Origin: Mustelus asterias
Lineage: Eukaryota
NCBI RefSeq assembly: GCF_964213995.1
Contig: NC_135814.1
Location: 68,758,001 to 68,822,000, forward strand
Direction: 5' to 3'
Length of the DNA stretch: 64,000 nt
Shown here: positions 63,925-64,000 of the stretch, in pieces
How the letters are laid out: the number at the start of each line of letters is the position of its first letter
Position numbering within the stretch: position 1 is the first letter of the stretch
The notes under the pieces: model-generated
Seen by the model: the letters and a program-made list of their open reading frames with translations, nothing else
Told to the model about the DNA's origin: nothing
Database searches by the model: none
Translations under genes and position numbers: made by a program

Positions 63925-64000
63925 CACAGCACTTTCAAGATTTGCACCAACAATGACCACCTGAAAGAATAGGGGCAAAGTTAATGTGGTATTTTTAAAA

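Noticed and set aside
32200-64000. SLC40A1 or another host gene downstream of WDR75
   Set aside because: No recognisable exons; all interpretable ORFs are TE-derived. Small exons or UTR sequence could have been missed.

Overview
Vertebrate genomic DNA, almost certainly from a shark or ray, since it is dense in HE1-type V-SINEs, Deu-domain SINEs and CR1/HER1-type LINEs. The only host gene I can support is a complete, intact WDR75 (UTP17/NAN1, t-UTP/UTP-A subunit of the SSU processome) on the + strand. I assembled it by hand as 21 GT-AG coding exons from 2706 to 32099 (2490 nt including the stop, 829 aa, all splice phases compatible). Its promoter is a 25-bp GC-box minisatellite sitting on a decayed CR1 that is interrupted by a Penelope end. 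The remaining 32 kb (32.2-64 kb) has no recognisable host exons and is a layered transposon graveyard: young CR1 copies, two Gypsy remnants, a Tx1/L1-type tail, a Penelope GIY-YIG element and GC-rich MITE-like elements, several nested with readable target-site duplications. There is no CRISPR or prokaryote-type system, and I found no clearly new multi-gene system. The best leads are small: minimal hammerhead ribozyme motifs in Penelope ends (one ~310 bp upstream of the WDR75 ATG), an in-frame duplicate of the WDR75 C-terminal motif just behind the stop codon, a hairpin-masked poison splice acceptor before exon 17, and a twin-hairpin intronic RNA candidate. Family names come from recalled motifs, not database searches, and TE boundaries are approximate unless a TSD is cited.
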